Source of the DNA: a virus
Length of the DNA: 64,000 nucleotides
Reading direction: 5' to 3' (one strand)
Virus record (IMG/VR): IMGVR_UViG_3300042475_004151
Shown here: piece after piece, positions 18,021-28,856 of the stretch
How positions within the stretch are numbered: position 1 is the stretch's first letter
Layout: each line of letters opens with the position of its first letter
Translations under genes and position numbers: made by a program
Notes under the pieces: model-generated
Database searches by the model: none
Told to the model about the DNA's origin: nothing
The model's input: the letters and a program-made list of their open reading frames with translations, nothing else

Positions 18021-20039
18021 TTATGTTGATGGGCGTGATGTACTCACAGTAATACTTGGTGTTATACTTGGTGATTTTGTTGGTGTTTTTGTCGGTGTTA
18101 CTGTTGGTGTAGTATAAATTGGAGTACACAATTCGTATGCACCAGCATTAACATAAGCTGTTAGTGAAATTGATGTACCACCAGTTATGGTTAGGTTATA
18201 GTCTGTTCCACAATATGTATTAAGATTTGATGGACATGCACTAGCTGAGTTTACAGCGTTGTATCTAATGTATCCTGATATTGATCTAAATCCAATATAA
18301 AGTACTGTTCCGTTAGGTATACCGGTAATTGTACCTCGCAATGAACATACCTCTGAACTCACAGTTGCTAAAAATGTTTCAGTTCCAGTGATTCCTAATT
18401 TATAATATATTCCACAACTATTTCCTATACTTAGTGCTCTTTGAGCATACACATCAACACTTGAAGTTGGAACTGGGCTCGTTGTAGGTGTTGGTGTTAC
18501 TGTTGGTGTTTTACTTACTGTTATACTCGGTGTATTACTAATAGATTTACTAATTGAAATACTAGGTGTGATACTTGGTGATTTTGTTACTGTTTTACTT
18601 GGTGTAACACTTGGTGTTCTAGATATTGATATACTTCTAGTTATACTTGGTGTAATACTTGGTGTATTACTAATAGATTTGCTAATTGATATACTTGGAG
18701 TATTTGATATTGATTTACTTATTGATATACTTGGAGTAACACTTAGAGTAACACTAGGTGTGTTACTAATAGATTTACTAATTGATATACTTGGAGTAAC
18801 ACTAATGCTAGTACTTGTAGTAATAGATGGAGTATTACTAATAGAATTACTTACAGTTATACTTGGAGTAACACTGATGGATTTACTAATAGAAATACTT
18901 GGAGTAACACTTGGAGTAACACTTACTGTTATACTTGGAGTATTACTAAATGATGGACTAACACTTATACTTGTTGTTACAGTAGGTGTTACACTAATAC
19001 TTGCATTTATTGAGAGACTAGGAGTGACAGTAGGAGTAATACTAGGTGTGACACTAGGAGTAGTACTAGGAGTATTGGTAACACTTGGTGTACTACTTAT
19101 TGAGTTACTTACTGTTACACTTGGTGTATCACTTATACTAATACTTGGTGTAGCACTAATAGTAATACTTGGAGTTACACTTGGTGTACCAGAAGGTGTA
19201 GAACTTACTGTTATACTTGGAGTTACACTTGGAGTTACACTAGGTGTATCAGCAGGTGTAGAACTTACTGTTATACTTGGAGTCACACTTGGAGTTACAC
19301 TTGGGGTTACACTAGGTGTTTTAGATACTGATGTACTCTTAGTTATAGAAGGAGTTACTGAAGGTGAGGCTCCTATACAATAAGGATCAATTCCTCTCCA
19401 TCCTGTTAATCTTATACTGTTAGGAATAACAGTTAATATAGCAACGTTTTGTTCATAAAATACATTACCTATATGTGAACCATAATTTAATACAGTTCCA
19501 CGAGATGAACTTACAGGACTACCACTGTAAAATAAGTTATAATTTCCATCATCATATATTTTATAATTTGATGATCCACTACTAAAATATACCTCAAAAG
19601 TAGTGGGTAATATTTTTTCACTAGTTAAATTTCTAGGTATATTTAAAACATAAATAGCGGCTGCTGTTCCTGTTGGGAAATATTTTATAGTATCTATATT
19701 TCCTAAATTAATATGTCCTTTACTATATGATGAAGTTGATAAAGTACCATCATTGTAGATAGTACTTATTTTTCCTGATGCGTATAAGTTAGAGGATGTG
19801 GGTAGAAAATTAGGATAATAAACTAAGTTAATAGAATCATATACTAATCTATCATACTGACCGTTAGTTATATAGTCTGTAGTTGGATCAAAGATTGATT
19901 CACTATGATTAACTCCTATATTAACTACAATTCTGTTTTCAGCAAATGAAGAGGATTCTATGTCCCAACTTTTGTTAGCCGTATAAGGTACTACAAAAGT
20001 ATCCGCTACATTAAGTCTCTTAAAAGTATTTGCTGACAT
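18021..20039 (-). CDS. Virion protein with ~300-aa Ser/Thr/Pro mucin-like region
   Basis: Long TPS[VI]/SISISK repeat region between globular domains. Confidence 0.75.
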   Translation of the reverse strand: MSANTFKRLNVADTFVVPYTANKSWDIESSSFAENRIVVNIGVNHSESIFDPTTDYITNGQYDRLVYDSINLVYYPNFLPTSSNLYASGKISTIYNDGTLSTSSYSKGHINLGNIDTIKYFPTGTAAAIYVLNIPRNLTSEKILPTTFEVYFSSGSSNYKIYDDGNYNLFYSGSPVSSSRGTVLNYGSHIGNVFYEQNVAILTVIPNSIRLTGWRGIDPYCIGASPSVTPSITKSTSVSKTPSVTPSVTPSVTPSITVSSTPADTPSVTPSVTPSITVSSTPSGTPSVTPSITISATPSISISDTPSVTVSNSISSTPSVTNTPSTTPSVTPSITPTVTPSLSINASISVTPTVTTSISVSPSFSNTPSITVSVTPSVTPSISISKSISVTPSITVSNSISNTPSITTSTSISVTPSISISKSISNTPSVTLSVTPSISISKSISNTPSISISKSISNTPSITPSITRSISISRTPSVTPSKTVTKSPSITPSISISKSISNTPSITVSKTPTVTPTPTTSPVPTSSVDVYAQRALSIGNSCGIYYKLGITGTETFLATVSSEVCSLRGTITGIPNGTVLYIGFRSISGYIRYNAVNSASACPSNLNTYCGTDYNLTITGGTSISLTAYVNAGAYELCTPIYTTPTVTPTKTPTKSPSITPSITVSTSRPST
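18480..19365 (-). repeat. Coding low-complexity tandem repeats (12-bp TPS[VI] units; 60-bp higher-order duplication at ~19201 and ~19261)
   Basis: acttggagttac-like units; gaacttactgttatacttggagt repeated 60 bp apart. Confidence 0.85.
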
Positions 20040-20049
20040 GGGCGTAACA

Positions 20050-21126
20050 TTAGAAGTCTAGTTTAACTCTTAATAATAATTCTTTTGTGAAATCTTTCAC
20101 CAATGGTTTATTTAATTTAGCTACTGCTAATAAATCACCACTATTGTTATATAAACCAACAGTTGTTATGTAAGTTTGAGGATTATATATCAATTGAGTA
20201 TATAGTAAATTACCATTTGAATCAATTACTGTTGGATTAGTTGTATAGTTAGACTCAGCATTTTTAACACGTGTAAAGAAATAACGTGAAGAAATTGTTT
20301 CATAGCTTTGTAAACTAAAGGTAGGATTAGTAGCTGTATCGATCATATCAAATACCATCCTATTATTAAGATTATATGTTTCTCCTAAAGCAGTAAAATA
20401 TGAAGCTACTTGTGATGAACTAAATTCATTGAATATAGCTCCAACTCCTCCTAAAGGACCTGATGATAAAGCTAATGCTCTTGGGTTTAATATTACTAAA
20501 CCTTCATCAGGTAACATTATTCCATAAGATCCACTAACTGTATAGTTAGAAGAAGATGGTACAGTTGTTTGAGTATTACCACTATATGATCCACTTAATA
20601 ATTGATAAACACGTGTTGTACCAATGTAAGTAGATACTGTTGTTACTGTTGAGTCATCAACTAAAGATATTTGATTTGAACCACTTTTAATAGTCAAATA
20701 AAATGATCCTGGATTGAATGATTCTTTGTAACGAGCTCTATTTACTGATATTACAATAATATCTTTTGAGGTATAAGCTGTACCACCAAATTGGAATGAT
20801 GAATTTTCATCTCCATATATTAGTGATCTGAACTGCCCGTATACATCTCTAGTTGGTGTTTTATCAGGTACTAAAGCATTAAAGTAAGATGATCCTGAAC
20901 CACTAATGTGTCCATAAGCGATTGTAAATTGTGAATCAAGAGATTGAGTCACACTTACATCACCTTGAAACACATTAAGGAAGAATTTACCTTGTGCGGT
21001 GTCTATTTCTTGTGCAGACCAGCTGTAAAATGTACTTAATTGTGTTAAGTCATTACTCCACATTGGTGACACTATAGCATCTGAACTAAGTACCTGATCT
21101 TCAGGTTGATAAGCTCCAAAAGACAT
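20050..21126 (-). CDS. Virion structural protein
   Basis: YITTVGLYN..LLAVAKL..RVKLDF C-terminal motif; structural block. Confidence 0.65.
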   Translation of the reverse strand: MSFGAYQPEDQVLSSDAIVSPMWSNDLTQLSTFYSWSAQEIDTAQGKFFLNVFQGDVSVTQSLDSQFTIAYGHISGSGSSYFNALVPDKTPTRDVYGQFRSLIYGDENSSFQFGGTAYTSKDIIVISVNRARYKESFNPGSFYLTIKSGSNQISLVDDSTVTTVSTYIGTTRVYQLLSGSYSGNTQTTVPSSSNYTVSGSYGIMLPDEGLVILNPRALALSSGPLGGVGAIFNEFSSSQVASYFTALGETYNLNNRMVFDMIDTATNPTFSLQSYETISSRYFFTRVKNAESNYTTNPTVIDSNGNLLYTQLIYNPQTYITTVGLYNNSGDLLAVAKLNKPLVKDFTKELLLRVKLDF

Positions 21127-21133
21127 ATGTTAA

Positions 21134-21802
21134 TTAGGTTTTAATTATTGTTAAAGGTATAGTAATTCTAGCTCCACTATCTCTACCTGTCACAGTGATT
21201 GTTGTTGTGATTGTTGATCCAGCAACAGAGTTTGTAGCATATAATGTATTAATAGTAGTAGCTATTAAACTAAATGTTGTTCCAATTTGACTAGCTGATA
21301 GACTAGCTCCACTTGAATTTGGAGATGGATTAGTAATGTTTAAACCTGTTGTGTCAATTCCTGTACCTGTAAATGTACTTAAGAATCTTGAATCAGCCAC
21401 AGTCATCATATATCCAGATGGTTCAAATGTTGAAACAGCACCCAAATAATTTAATGTTTGAGGTGTGATATTAATAGAAGCAGCTTGACGTAATGATACA
21501 GCTGTATATCCAAGATTAAGAACAGGTAATTTAGAAGTACCACGAGGTAAAGTTACTAATTTGTATTTCATCATTTGTGTCTCGTCTACAAATGCTTCTA
21601 ATAAAGGCATTGCTTCAATAGCCTCACCAAAAAAGGCAGAACCTGAGGGATGATTTGGATTATACAAGGTATAATCAATTTCATCATCGGCTAAAGCAAA
21701 TTGAGTAATTTGGAATGATCCATCGTTACGTGCTAACAATTCACGACCCTTTTTTGTTAGGACCGCATCAATTGTTACATATTGGTTATTTAAATACGCC
21801 AT
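21134..21802 (-). CDS. Virion structural protein
   Basis: DAVLTKKGRELLA..ITQFALADDEIDY motif; late motif upstream. Confidence 0.65.
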   Translation of the reverse strand: MAYLNNQYVTIDAVLTKKGRELLARNDGSFQITQFALADDEIDYTLYNPNHPSGSAFFGEAIEAMPLLEAFVDETQMMKYKLVTLPRGTSKLPVLNLGYTAVSLRQAASINITPQTLNYLGAVSTFEPSGYMMTVADSRFLSTFTGTGIDTTGLNITNPSPNSSGASLSASQIGTTFSLIATTINTLYATNSVAGSTITTTITVTGRDSGARITIPLTIIKT

Positions 21803-21830
21803 TTGATAAATGTTGTTTTATATAAATATA

Positions 21831-24800
21831 TTAATTAGTTAAAACTGTGCTAAATATCTTACTCTTAAGTTCACTCACTATATTACCTACTTGATCATCA
21901 ACTGACATAAGTAGATTTTTATTCTTAGCTACACCACCAGATGTTAATCCAGGATTTTTTTCATGTTCTACAATAATGTTTGTTTCATCAGGTATTTTTT
22001 TAGAAAATACATAACGTTCAATACGATATGGAGTCACACTTGATGTAATATTATCATTAACCTCTCTATCTAGTCTAAAAGTAATAGGAGATCCTGTAGT
22101 ATTAGCTTCAAGAACTGTATACTCATCAACACTTCTAAAACGTGTTGTTGGAAAATTAGAACCAGTATAGTTAAATCTTATCACATCACCTGGTGTTAAT
22201 GTAAATGAATAATCTGGGGGAGCAAAGCTATTGTATATATTTAGTGTACTTACCACATCAGGTTGTTGACTTTGTGTCACACTACCTGAAAAATATAATC
22301 CAGCATTGTAAAAAGAAGTCATTTGTAATGAACAAGATACTACACTCTTGTCAATATTATTAACTGTTAAATAAGCTGCGTCATCTGCTGATTTATATTT
22401 AAAATCAGTTGCTGTTCCTGCTGCTGGGAATACATTAATTACTCTAGGAAATCCAGATTTAATATTATATCTACCTTGAACATCTCTTCTATAAGATCCT
22501 ATAAAATTAGGACTACCATTAACACCAAATGCTGGTATTAGTACATCAAAGGTTTCAGTTTTATCTCCTCGGAATATATTACCACCAGTAGCATCAAGAT
22601 CTATTTTAACTGTTACTATAACATCATATGGTAAAAGAATAGCTGGAGAATAATTTATTCTTCCTGTTATTATTGTAGTAGTGCTAAGAAATCTTGTTGA
22701 ATAATTAACAGCAGTATTAGAAGGAGCATAACTATTAACTGTTAATACTCCTGAAAGAGGATTTGAACCACTTGGGATATAATAAATTTGATCTGTTTCA
22801 GCTACTCTCCATAATACAGGATAATATTTGTATCCACTACTATAAATAAATTGATTACCATCTAGTGTTTTTTGTAATGATGGGATTTGATTATTGAATA
22901 ATGAAATATTTAATTCTTCTCCCGCTTTAAATATATTTTGTACTTGATATAAATTATAAAATTGGTTACTTGTTATAGTTGTATAATCACGTTGAGCTAA
23001 TTCTGTTAATGAACTACTTGAATCAATTAAATACTTGATATAAAGATTAGAACGTTCTGGCATTGCTATTTGGAAAGATCCAGTACAAGTTGCTTCTGCG
23101 AAGTAAGCAAATTGAAGTGTATTTTTATCAATAGCTGCATTTTTACCATATGAACCTATTCCATCTAAATCAAAAAATTGATCATTATTGGTAAGAAAAT
23201 TATAAGTATCACTATTAACTTGAGATCCAATATATCTAGGTCTAGCATGACGAAGATATTCGTAAGTGAAATCTTGTAATTCAATAGGTTCAAAAACTTG
23301 AACTAATTTACTTCCACTAGTTATATAAGTTATTTTATGTCTAATACTTGAAGTAATAGAACTAGAAACATTATTAATTAATGGATCATAATCATATCTA
23401 AAAATAGATTCTGAATATGAGCTTGTATTATATGGATTAAAAGATAAGAATGGATCTTCTTGAAATTCATTACTATAGGCTATAACTGAAGAACTTGGAA
23501 ATACTCCTGTGAAAAAATCACGAGCATCTGAAGTCATAGTTACAGGACCCATATTGCTATGAACTGTATCTAAGTATAAGGATTGACTATAATCTCCTCC
23601 ATTACTAGATGAAATAAATGCTGTATCAATAGATTGACTATACTCAAGATGAGTTATTGTAGGTTCATATCTTTGTATAACAGGTCTTTCAAGAAGGTGA
23701 GGTTTAATTACAATACCTGTTGATAGATTAGTTCTAGCAGGAGTAAAATCTTTAAGTGTTCTAAATAATGAGTTATGAAAGAAGGATATTAAACGAATAT
23801 AATCTTTGTAGTTATATTTGTTATCAAATTTCTTAAAGAAATCATACTGTAGTACTTGAAGTTGTTGATAAGACCCTGTAGCAGGATTACCAATAATATC
23901 ATCTAAATTATATGTTGAACCAAACTGAGCTATGATATTTCTATCTATTTCATCTTGTGGAGATAAACTAGCATCAAGTAAGTGTAAATCTTTTGTTAAA
24001 GGAATTATAGGTGTTATTTCAATACTCTTATAAGGTAATAATTGATTACCATAAGTACTTCCACTTACTATTCTAACTTTATCTGTTACTGGGTTAGCAT
24101 ATCCAGAATTAGCTGCGTCAGCATAATATGTTTCTGTGAATGAATTATAAGCATTAGTATTAGGAAAATCAATAAATGATGCTGTTAATATTTGAGTAGT
24201 TTGATCAGGATGGGTTGAATATAATTCTGTAGTTGTACTGTGATTATAAGTGTATAAATTATTACCTAAAGTAAATCTAACAGCTAAATCATCAAATGAT
24301 GAAGTTGTAAAATTACCTTCAATTGATTCAGGATTTAAAACATGAGAATCAAAAGCAGATTCTGATATATAGTTAGACCACATTCTAAACTCTTGAAATG
24401 AACCAGAGAATGGAGAACTTAATGGTGGTACATTTCCTAAATGTAATTTAGAATTAGCAACCGCTCCATACCAAAATTCATTATCTGAACTAATAGTACC
24501 ATCAATATATAAACTAGCACTAGCTACATGACCTATTTCTCCGTATACATTGTTTTTAACGTATAAGTCATAATATTGTTGATCATTTAGTTGTCCTACT
24601 CTTCTATTAGGATATCTTCTTTGTAATAATAAATTATACCAACTAGTTTCACCATCTGAACCTGTTGTAAATATAGGTACAGTTGATGAAGTGACGTTAA
24701 ATGTGTTGATAGTGAAACTAATATAGCCAAATTCTCCTGTACTACCTGAATAAATAGAATCTGATGAACCAGTTTGAGTATAAATCAAATCAAGATTCAT

Positions 24801-26744
24801 ATATGAAGTAACATCATCACTGAATCCAGCTAATGTTTGTACATCATAGTTAATTTTCATTTCATTAGATGATGTAGCAAATGCTTTAAATCTAAATTCA
24901 AATCCATCAGGTGCTATATCATTATATCCAGTTCTATTTAAACTTTGAGATAAGAATACCCAAGGTATTTCTACAACACCTTGATCAAATGTATTCATAC
25001 CATAAGTAAATCTATCATATTCATACTCGAATGAGGATGTTACTTTATCTACTCCACCATATTCAATATACCCCATTATTGTATTTGGTATTCCGAATAT
25101 AGTATTTAAATACTGAATAAAACGATTTGTACCTTTTGATTTAAGTAATAAAGGTAAGTTATGATATAAACGTTTATAAATTTCTTTTTGTTGGTCTTGT
25201 CCTGGTATTTGGTACTGGGATGCTGTTACTAATGTTTCAAGAGATCCTGTATTAGGTAAGTAATTACCGTTTTCATCTATACCATACAAATATTTAAATG
25301 CACTTTCTCCATCTTCATCAGTGTAAGTATTAATACCCATTGATTGTAGAGCAAAGTATACTAAGTCTTTAGATATACCTTGGTCTAGAGCATTTTTAGC
25401 TTGATATAAGTCAGATATTGCTTTAATATGAATCCAAACATCATCAAACATTTGTCCTATTGATGCTACAAATTCAAATGCTAATTCATTATTTTCATTT
25501 TCAGCTATATATCCTGGTAAAGTATATAATAAGTAGTTTTGATTATTTTCATCATATATTGATGAAGAATCATAATTACCTGTAAACCAAGAAGCAGCCT
25601 CTGAGGCTGTCACTGATTGTACTATGTAAGGTTTAGTATTGTTTTGTTTAGGCCAAGCTGCTGATTCTGATTGAAAGTATAAATATTGTTCCCAACCATC
25701 AAAACTTTGAACTATTTTATTTATATTGTTTTGATAGTTTTCAGCATCTATGTTTGATGTTGGAGACGCACTAGACGCAGCTGAGGCACTCAATGATGAG
25801 GTTGCTTCAATATTAATTAATTTATATCTAAATCCTTCTAGTCGACGAGCGGCAGAAGAGAAATGAATAAAATCTTCATAATTAGTATAATCAACATTGA
25901 TAGAAAAATTAGAAGCACTTAATTGACCAAGCAGCTGTTGTAATTGAGGAGCGAATTGTCCTGTATAGCTAGTTACTTGATTAAAGTTATAATAAGGTGT
26001 AGGTCCAACTCTTAATTGATCTAAGTCTAAATCAAAGTTAGGTCCACGTAATGTAGGAAAAGTAACAGGAATTGTATCTAATGTTATTTCAACATTAAAC
26101 ACCTGTGGATTAGATATTTCATCAACTATTGATAAAGAACTATTAATATTATATCCAAATTGAGGTAATGGATTTAATAGTTTTATAACTACTGAATATA
26201 TAGAAGTAGATTTATCTAGAGCTATATTAACAAATGGTACTAAATTATTATTACCAAAATTTAAGTAATATTCTTTAAAATAATTTACACTTTGTATTTC
26301 ATTAATAACATCAATAACACCTTGTTCTATTTGATCATTAGTGATATTGTTAGTACTTAATCTAAGTTCAAGTCTATTTGGAGATATTTCTTTTAAGAAA
26401 AATGGTCTATCATTAGTACCAAGTACTACTTTTGGTCTTAAAATATTATATTGAATTCTATAATCACCAAATTGAATACCTAAATTTTTAATATCAATAT
26501 CAGGATTAAATTCTAATTCTTGAATTGAGTAAGTATCAGTTGGTTGAAATAAACCAGGAACTTTATAGTTAGTGAAAGGAATAACAGAATATAAATGTTT
26601 GCCCGCGGGGTCAGACACATGCATTTCAACAAAATCTCCATCTGCTCCAAAATTCCTTACCATGTCTCTTGAAGGGACTAGTACTGAAGCAGATCCAGAT
26701 AGGATATTATTAGAATAGGATAGTTTAGTAACTGTTATTGACAT
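21831..26744 (-). CDS. Large virion/baseplate protein (1637 aa)
   Basis: RLYHNLPLLLKSKGT baseplate-wedge-like motif; LamG-like FSGSFQEFRMW; structural block. Confidence 0.65.
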   Translation of the reverse strand: MSITVTKLSYSNNILSGSASVLVPSRDMVRNFGADGDFVEMHVSDPAGKHLYSVIPFTNYKVPGLFQPTDTYSIQELEFNPDIDIKNLGIQFGDYRIQYNILRPKVVLGTNDRPFFLKEISPNRLELRLSTNNITNDQIEQGVIDVINEIQSVNYFKEYYLNFGNNNLVPFVNIALDKSTSIYSVVIKLLNPLPQFGYNINSSLSIVDEISNPQVFNVEITLDTIPVTFPTLRGPNFDLDLDQLRVGPTPYYNFNQVTSYTGQFAPQLQQLLGQLSASNFSINVDYTNYEDFIHFSSAARRLEGFRYKLINIEATSSLSASAASSASPTSNIDAENYQNNINKIVQSFDGWEQYLYFQSESAAWPKQNNTKPYIVQSVTASEAASWFTGNYDSSSIYDENNQNYLLYTLPGYIAENENNELAFEFVASIGQMFDDVWIHIKAISDLYQAKNALDQGISKDLVYFALQSMGINTYTDEDGESAFKYLYGIDENGNYLPNTGSLETLVTASQYQIPGQDQQKEIYKRLYHNLPLLLKSKGTNRFIQYLNTIFGIPNTIMGYIEYGGVDKVTSSFEYEYDRFTYGMNTFDQGVVEIPWVFLSQSLNRTGYNDIAPDGFEFRFKAFATSSNEMKINYDVQTLAGFSDDVTSYMNLDLIYTQTGSSDSIYSGSTGEFGYISFTINTFNVTSSTVPIFTTGSDGETSWYNLLLQRRYPNRRVGQLNDQQYYDLYVKNNVYGEIGHVASASLYIDGTISSDNEFWYGAVANSKLHLGNVPPLSSPFSGSFQEFRMWSNYISESAFDSHVLNPESIEGNFTTSSFDDLAVRFTLGNNLYTYNHSTTTELYSTHPDQTTQILTASFIDFPNTNAYNSFTETYYADAANSGYANPVTDKVRIVSGSTYGNQLLPYKSIEITPIIPLTKDLHLLDASLSPQDEIDRNIIAQFGSTYNLDDIIGNPATGSYQQLQVLQYDFFKKFDNKYNYKDYIRLISFFHNSLFRTLKDFTPARTNLSTGIVIKPHLLERPVIQRYEPTITHLEYSQSIDTAFISSSNGGDYSQSLYLDTVHSNMGPVTMTSDARDFFTGVFPSSSVIAYSNEFQEDPFLSFNPYNTSSYSESIFRYDYDPLINNVSSSITSSIRHKITYITSGSKLVQVFEPIELQDFTYEYLRHARPRYIGSQVNSDTYNFLTNNDQFFDLDGIGSYGKNAAIDKNTLQFAYFAEATCTGSFQIAMPERSNLYIKYLIDSSSSLTELAQRDYTTITSNQFYNLYQVQNIFKAGEELNISLFNNQIPSLQKTLDGNQFIYSSGYKYYPVLWRVAETDQIYYIPSGSNPLSGVLTVNSYAPSNTAVNYSTRFLSTTTIITGRINYSPAILLPYDVIVTVKIDLDATGGNIFRGDKTETFDVLIPAFGVNGSPNFIGSYRRDVQGRYNIKSGFPRVINVFPAAGTATDFKYKSADDAAYLTVNNIDKSVVSCSLQMTSFYNAGLYFSGSVTQSQQPDVVSTLNIYNSFAPPDYSFTLTPGDVIRFNYTGSNFPTTRFRSVDEYTVLEANTTGSPITFRLDREVNDNITSSVTPYRIERYVFSKKIPDETNIIVEHEKNPGLTSGGVAKNKNLLMSVDDQVGNIVSELKSKIFSTVLTN

Positions 26745-26745
26745 A

Positions 26746-27093
26746 TTATATTAATGTTCCAGGGTTAATTTGAGAAGCTAATAATATTTGATTTTTTAAG
26801 TCGATATTTTCTTCTCTTAATTCAGTAATTTCATTTTGTAGGTCATCTAAAGATACACCTATATATTCTAAACTTCTAGTAGCTAAAGCTAAATGAGAGT
26901 CATCTGATCCTGAAGGTGGTATTTCATAAAATAAAATATCATATTCATTAAAGAATTGAGGAACAGTCATGTCTGGTGAAGCAGATGATGTTGGCTGTCC
27001 TGTTGTTATTAACTCAGAAAAATCTGTATTTATAACATTGTTAAAGCTTTGAAGACCATATATGGTTTTCTGTATCTTAACTTGTTCACTCAT
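26746..27093 (-). CDS. Hypothetical structural-block protein with C-terminal coiled coil
   Basis: ORF; LQNEITELREENIDLK. Confidence 0.65.
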   Translation of the reverse strand: MSEQVKIQKTIYGLQSFNNVINTDFSELITTGQPTSSASPDMTVPQFFNEYDILFYEIPPSGSDDSHLALATRSLEYIGVSLDDLQNEITELREENIDLKNQILLASQINPGTLI

Positions 27094-28208
27094 TATTTAA
27101 CAGTTTGTAACACTTTAAAATAATAATCATCATCATAAATGTAAGTACCACCATCAATAGTAGACTTAATTTGTATTTTATAATAACGATCTGGTTCTAA
27201 TCCATTCATATACATTCTAAAGAAACTACTAGTAGTATCATTACTTAATTTAGTAGCTACATTATCAAATTCAACTATTTTAAGATTTGATTGTAAATCT
27301 ATAACTGAATAATAAGATGCTGTTGGTAGTAATTTATTGTATATATATAATGACTGTTGTGAATATATTCTTTGAGGATATTTTTCTCTAGCATATACTC
27401 TAAACTTTACATATTCATTATCATAAAATATATTCTTGTTATTACCAATAGATATATTTATCTCCTCATTTGGTATATATGGAGTTGAGCCGGAATTAAA
27501 TGTACTATCATCCCATTTAAACTCCAAACATGGAGGATAAATAGTATTAGTGTCTCTAGAGAAGAAATTGAATGTATAAATATAGTTATAATCAAATTCA
27601 AATGATCCTGTACCTGTAGCTGATTCTGATGTGCTATTCAGTATTATGAATCCATTATTTGGTATTACACTAGCTGTGTACCATCCTACAAATCGACTAA
27701 CATTAACATCAATATCTTTAGTTGAAAAATAATCAAAAGATTGAGTTACACTAGATGTGTACCAACTACATCCTCCAGTATTTAAACTATAATATGATGA
27801 AGTAACTCCATTAGGTAAACCACTTACAGTCCAAGCATTGGTTTGATTTGCATTTCTATATTTCCAACTTGCACCATCACTTGTCTCAGGAATGTTATTA
27901 AAACGTCCTGTACCCATATCCCAACTTTGGTATATAGGGTGTATTTCAATATTAAAATTGGCTGGTATTCCATCTACATGGGCATTATATAGCTTAAGTG
28001 AAGCGGTGAAATTAGCGCCTGATTTAGCGACAGCTTCTGCTATGTCATCATTATCAAATTTGATTAGTACACGGCTAGTAGAAGATGAGGGATAGAGATA
28101 TGGAGCATTTTTTGATAAGTCCAATATCGAGTCTATCCCAGCATTTAGAGTTTCGTAGTCTGTATAGATTGTTGTATCCTGTGATGGAAAAATTTTATAA
28201 ACACCCAT
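27093..28208 (-). CDS. Virion structural protein
   Basis: SQDTTIY..N.GID.IL..SRVLIKF..WDMGTG pattern; late motif upstream. Confidence 0.6.
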   Translation of the reverse strand: MGVYKIFPSQDTTIYTDYETLNAGIDSILDLSKNAPYLYPSSSTSRVLIKFDNDDIAEAVAKSGANFTASLKLYNAHVDGIPANFNIEIHPIYQSWDMGTGRFNNIPETSDGASWKYRNANQTNAWTVSGLPNGVTSSYYSLNTGGCSWYTSSVTQSFDYFSTKDIDVNVSRFVGWYTASVIPNNGFIILNSTSESATGTGSFEFDYNYIYTFNFFSRDTNTIYPPCLEFKWDDSTFNSGSTPYIPNEEINISIGNNKNIFYDNEYVKFRVYAREKYPQRIYSQQSLYIYNKLLPTASYYSVIDLQSNLKIVEFDNVATKLSNDTTSSFFRMYMNGLEPDRYYKIQIKSTIDGGTYIYDDDYYFKVLQTVK

Positions 28209-28253
28209 TTATCTTAGTATTATTCTAGTATAAATATGGGCTGTTTATAGAGA

Positions 28254-28856
28254 TTAAGCTAAACAAGCATAGTATTCCTTAAAATGCTTAATACGATCAG
28301 CTAATCCAATAGTACCTCCATTAACACGTTTTGTAATTGTTGTTACAACAGCGTCAGTTGCACCACCATCAGCTAATTTATGTAAACCATTTTTATGAAA
28401 GAACCAACCAGCTGACATTAATGGATATTTTGTAGCTACTAAATCAGGATTTTCAATAATATTTTCTTCAACTACATTATCAAAAGCTTTATAATTATCT
28501 TTTCCAGTTAATTGGATATAACCACGTCCACGAAATTTATATCCTTCACCTGATGCTTTATCACCATTTCCCATACGTGAAGCATAAACAATATTGGCTA
28601 TTTTTTCTGGTTTACGTTCATAAAGTAAAGCCATATCATTTGTTGGGAAATATTTTTTAAATATACTTGTTAAACCCTTAGCACCATAGTTTAAATTTTC
28701 ATTCACTAACTTAAATCCACCTGATTCATGTCCAGCTTGAGCAAGGAAATGAGCTAAACGCAATGGTGTGTTTAACTCAAATTTAACAATTGTATCAGGA
28801 AGTTGAGCGATTACTGTATCTGGAATATGTCCTTTTAATTTTTCTAAGTTCATCAT
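28254..28856 (-). CDS. Glycoside hydrolase family 19 endolysin
   Basis: HFLAQAGHESGGF..ENLNY, FRGRGYIQLTGKDNY, TKRVNGGTIGLADR. Confidence 0.9.
   Translation of the reverse strand: MMNLEKLKGHIPDTVIAQLPDTIVKFELNTPLRLAHFLAQAGHESGGFKLVNENLNYGAKGLTSIFKKYFPTNDMALLYERKPEKIANIVYASRMGNGDKASGEGYKFRGRGYIQLTGKDNYKAFDNVVEENIIENPDLVATKYPLMSAGWFFHKNGLHKLADGGATDAVVTTITKRVNGGTIGLADRIKHFKEYYACLA

Noticed and set aside
18568-19383. 271-aa plus-strand Leu/Val/Gly-rich ORF
   Set aside because: It is the antisense shadow of the TPS repeat region, whose codons lack reverse-strand stops; no leader or promoter is evident.
16160-20039. Diversity-generating retroelement acting on the tip domains
   Set aside because: No reverse transcriptase in the window and no template/variable repeat pair with adenine-specific differences was seen.
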